A stretch of DNA of 64,000 nucleotides from Marsupella aquatica (lineage: Eukaryota; Plantae; Marchantiophyta): assembly GCA_973895155.1 (NCBI GenBank), contig OZ316892.1, positions 18,218,357 to 18,282,356 on the forward strand. Reading direction: 5' to 3'. Positions 61,481-64,000 of this stretch are shown one piece after another. A program made the translations under genes and the position numbers. Positions within the stretch are counted from its first letter, which is position 1; each line of letters begins with the position of its first letter. The notes below the pieces were generated by a model. The model did not search any database, was not told where the DNA came from, and saw nothing but the letters and a program-made list of their open reading frames with translations.

Positions 61481-63716
61481 ATGGCTACTGCCTTCGCAGG
61501 GTTGGTCTCCGGCATCTGGAGAGCGAGAGCTAGAGCCGGTAGCAGTGCCGCAGCTTCAGCATCGGCATTCCCTCTTCACCAATTCCGCTACTGTCCCTGC
61601 ATTAGGGATTCTGCTTCTCGTGGATTGCACTCCTTTTTCCTTGCCTCTTGTCGACAGCAACAACAGTGCATAGCAGGAGGAATAGGTAAGGTTAATCTCA
61701 CCTCACGTCACCTCACCTCACGTCACCTCACCTCACGTCACCTCACCTCAACTCAATTCATCTCACTCATCCGTTCCAATGTCAATTCAGTCAATGTTTA
61801 TGGCAGCTCCATTACTGCACCATTGGTTAACCTCCTCCCTTGTGGGTACTGCCTTTGCGAATTCAAGATGTTTCTAGAACTCGAATTCTGAGAATTGAAA
61901 TATAGTACGGATATGAGGACAGAAATTTACAGGAGATGTTTGCCTTCACTTTCTTTATGCAAAGGAACCAAACCTACATATACAGAAGAGGTGTAGCTTC
62001 AATGCAAATAAACCAAACCCTAGCTGTTTGGAATTGTTCTTCAAATGTCAAATTTCGGGAGAGAAAAATAAAGAAGTGGAATAGATCAAGGTTTATCATT
62101 ATCATACACGCCTGAATAATTTAGCAGGAACCAGGGATCTCCCTCTCGGTCTGTTCTAAGAAGAAATCTGACGGAGGTGATGATGATTCACTTGAGATTC
62201 TTCAATGGTGCTATAATTTAATTACGCGCATGTGTGTTCTGCCAAGTTTAGGGATGCAGTGTTTAGGGTTGGCTTCAAATCCCAGCTATGCAAATACTTG
62301 CATTTCCCCGTCCCATCTGAAATGGCTTCGAAATATTGGATCGGAAAGACAATTTCACACGGTATCCAATCGGAGCAGGAGAGATTTACGTTTCAGTCGG
62401 GCAGGGGCAGTGCGGGCCTCTGCAAATGGAGATCTTGGTGATGATTTCCAGGAAGCCATGGAAGCCATGGAAGTCCCACATACTCGTGGCATGGCCAGCT
62501 CAAAAACGAAGGAGCAGCCTCGAGGGTCGTTGTGGAGAACCCGATCGGTCATCAGCAAGGAGACTGTTCAGGCTGTTCACGAGCTGAAGAGGAACAAGAA
62601 TAACCCCGTTGAGCTTGCGAAGGTCTTTCAGACACGGATCCCTCGATTGCTGAAGATGGACCTACTCGCCACCCTTTCGGAACTACAGCGCCAGAACGAG
62701 ATCGAACTAGCGCTTCAGGTCCCCCTCTTTCTCCCTTCTCTCTGAGGCCCACGCAGGTCCATTTGGATGTACTCATTCATTCTCTCTAGTGTTGAAAATT
62801 GTCTCTCTATAGGGTATTTGGGTCCCTGTGGACTTTAATATTTCATCTATTCGTTCATTCTCTTTAGCCTTTTGCATAGTCACTCTACTCCCCAATTCTC
62901 CGTCTGGACTATAAATTTGTCTCCACAGTTTTACACTTCCTCTCTTCGGCCTATTGTTCAGGTGGACCTTAAGTTCATGTAGAATTTCATTCTCTGTAGT
63001 TTTTGAACATTGTTGATCCAATGCAACGATTGGTTCATCGTGGGTATGAAATTCATTGGTACGGGGAATCATTCTCTCGGTAAACCTGTGTCTCTCTTCG
63101 TCTCTTGTTTGGTGACTTCCTCCAGGTCTGCCTTGAATTTCTGGTTTTTGGATGATCCTCCTATATTGTCAGCCCCTTGATTCTACTGCGCCCCCCTCCC
63201 CCCCAGACTCACCCTAAATTTATTGATTCTCTGAAGTTGGATTCTTTGAAACATATCCATATATAGGAACGCCAACCACTGTCGTCTTTGATGGTTAATG
63301 CTTGCAGTAACTGGATATCTGTTCTGCAGGTATTTGATATTGTGCGAAAGGAGATTTGGTACAAACCAGACCAATTTCTGTATCGAGCAATGATGGATGC
63401 ACTGGGAAGGAACCGTCGCATTCCCGAGCTGAAGAAGAAGTTTCTGGAGCTTCAAGATGAGGGCATCAAGCCTGAGGTGCCAATTTACCGAGAACTTGTG
63501 GGGGCTTATGTGCGGTCGCACATGCTGCCTGAGGCCGAGGAGGTGCATGCGAAGATGGTGGAGATTGGTTGTGGTGATGATCCTTTATCCCTCAAGTTTA
63601 TAGAGATTGGTAAAGAGAAAGAGGCTGTGAGGATAAAACAACGGAGAAAAGCTGCAGAGAAGCTAAGGGCTGAACAAGAGGAAGCAGAGAGTGCTCTCAC
63701 TGAAGTGCAAAGTTGA
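61481..63716 (+). CDS. THA8-family (THYLAKOID ASSEMBLY 8-like) short PPR protein; exons 61481-61685, 62252-62718, 63330-63716 (352 aa)
   Basis: RGSLWR...ISKE..QAVHELKR...RLLKMDLLATLSELQRQNEIELALQ|VFDIVRKEIWYKPDQFLYRAMMDALGRN plus PPR motifs, typical of THA8/THA8L. Exons 2-3 are firm; the exon 1 join (phase 1, G|GTAAG...TTTAG|GG) is inferred. Confidence 0.88.
61697..61750 (+). repeat. 15-bp minisatellite (CTCACCTCACGTCAC)n at the start of intron 1 of the THA8-like gene
   Basis: Direct observation, about 3.5 copies. Confidence 0.92.
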
Positions 63717-64000
63717 CTAACAGGAGGAACCACTTTCGAAACGGAGAGGCATTCAATGAGGGACGTGTATCAACTCAGGTCATTCTTGATTATATGTACA
63801 ACGGAATCGCAGTTATCACACTACCTGTGAACCTGATTGGTGGTCAAGGCTACCTTGCAGAGAATTCAATGTTTGTACTCTGGGTTTGGCTGTTCTTCCT
63901 ACTAGGTACAATGTGTTTAATGAAATTGGACGGAGCTGGTGGCAAGCATAATTAGAATTGTGTTTGCACTTAAATCCACTTGTTACTTCGCAAGGCATTT

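Overview
Nuclear genomic DNA of a land plant. The GT-AG introns, organelle-targeted genes and transposon families fit a bryophyte, possibly a liverwort; this is inference only. Five spliced host genes lie on the + strand: GPI mannosyltransferase I (PIG-M), a small acidic plastid-type protein, a Ser/Pro/Arg-rich disordered protein, mitochondrial EF-Tu and a THA8-family short PPR protein. They sit among transposon-derived DNA: an open PIF/Harbinger (ALP1/HARBI1-like) transposase ORF running off the left edge, an old decayed Ty1/Copia element with a nested insertion, a young Ty1/Copia element with intact pol and a TTCTG target-site duplication but no gag or PBS, L1 and CRE-clade non-LTR fragments, foldback elements and tandem repeats. 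The most unusual signal is in the young Copia element. Between pol and the 3' LTR it carries an antisense ORF encoding a hydrophobic segment, a flexible linker and an RNase H1 hybrid-binding/caulimovirus P6-type dsRNA-binding domain, a candidate transposon-encoded anti-silencing or replication-compartment factor. All calls come from manual reading; no database searches were run.
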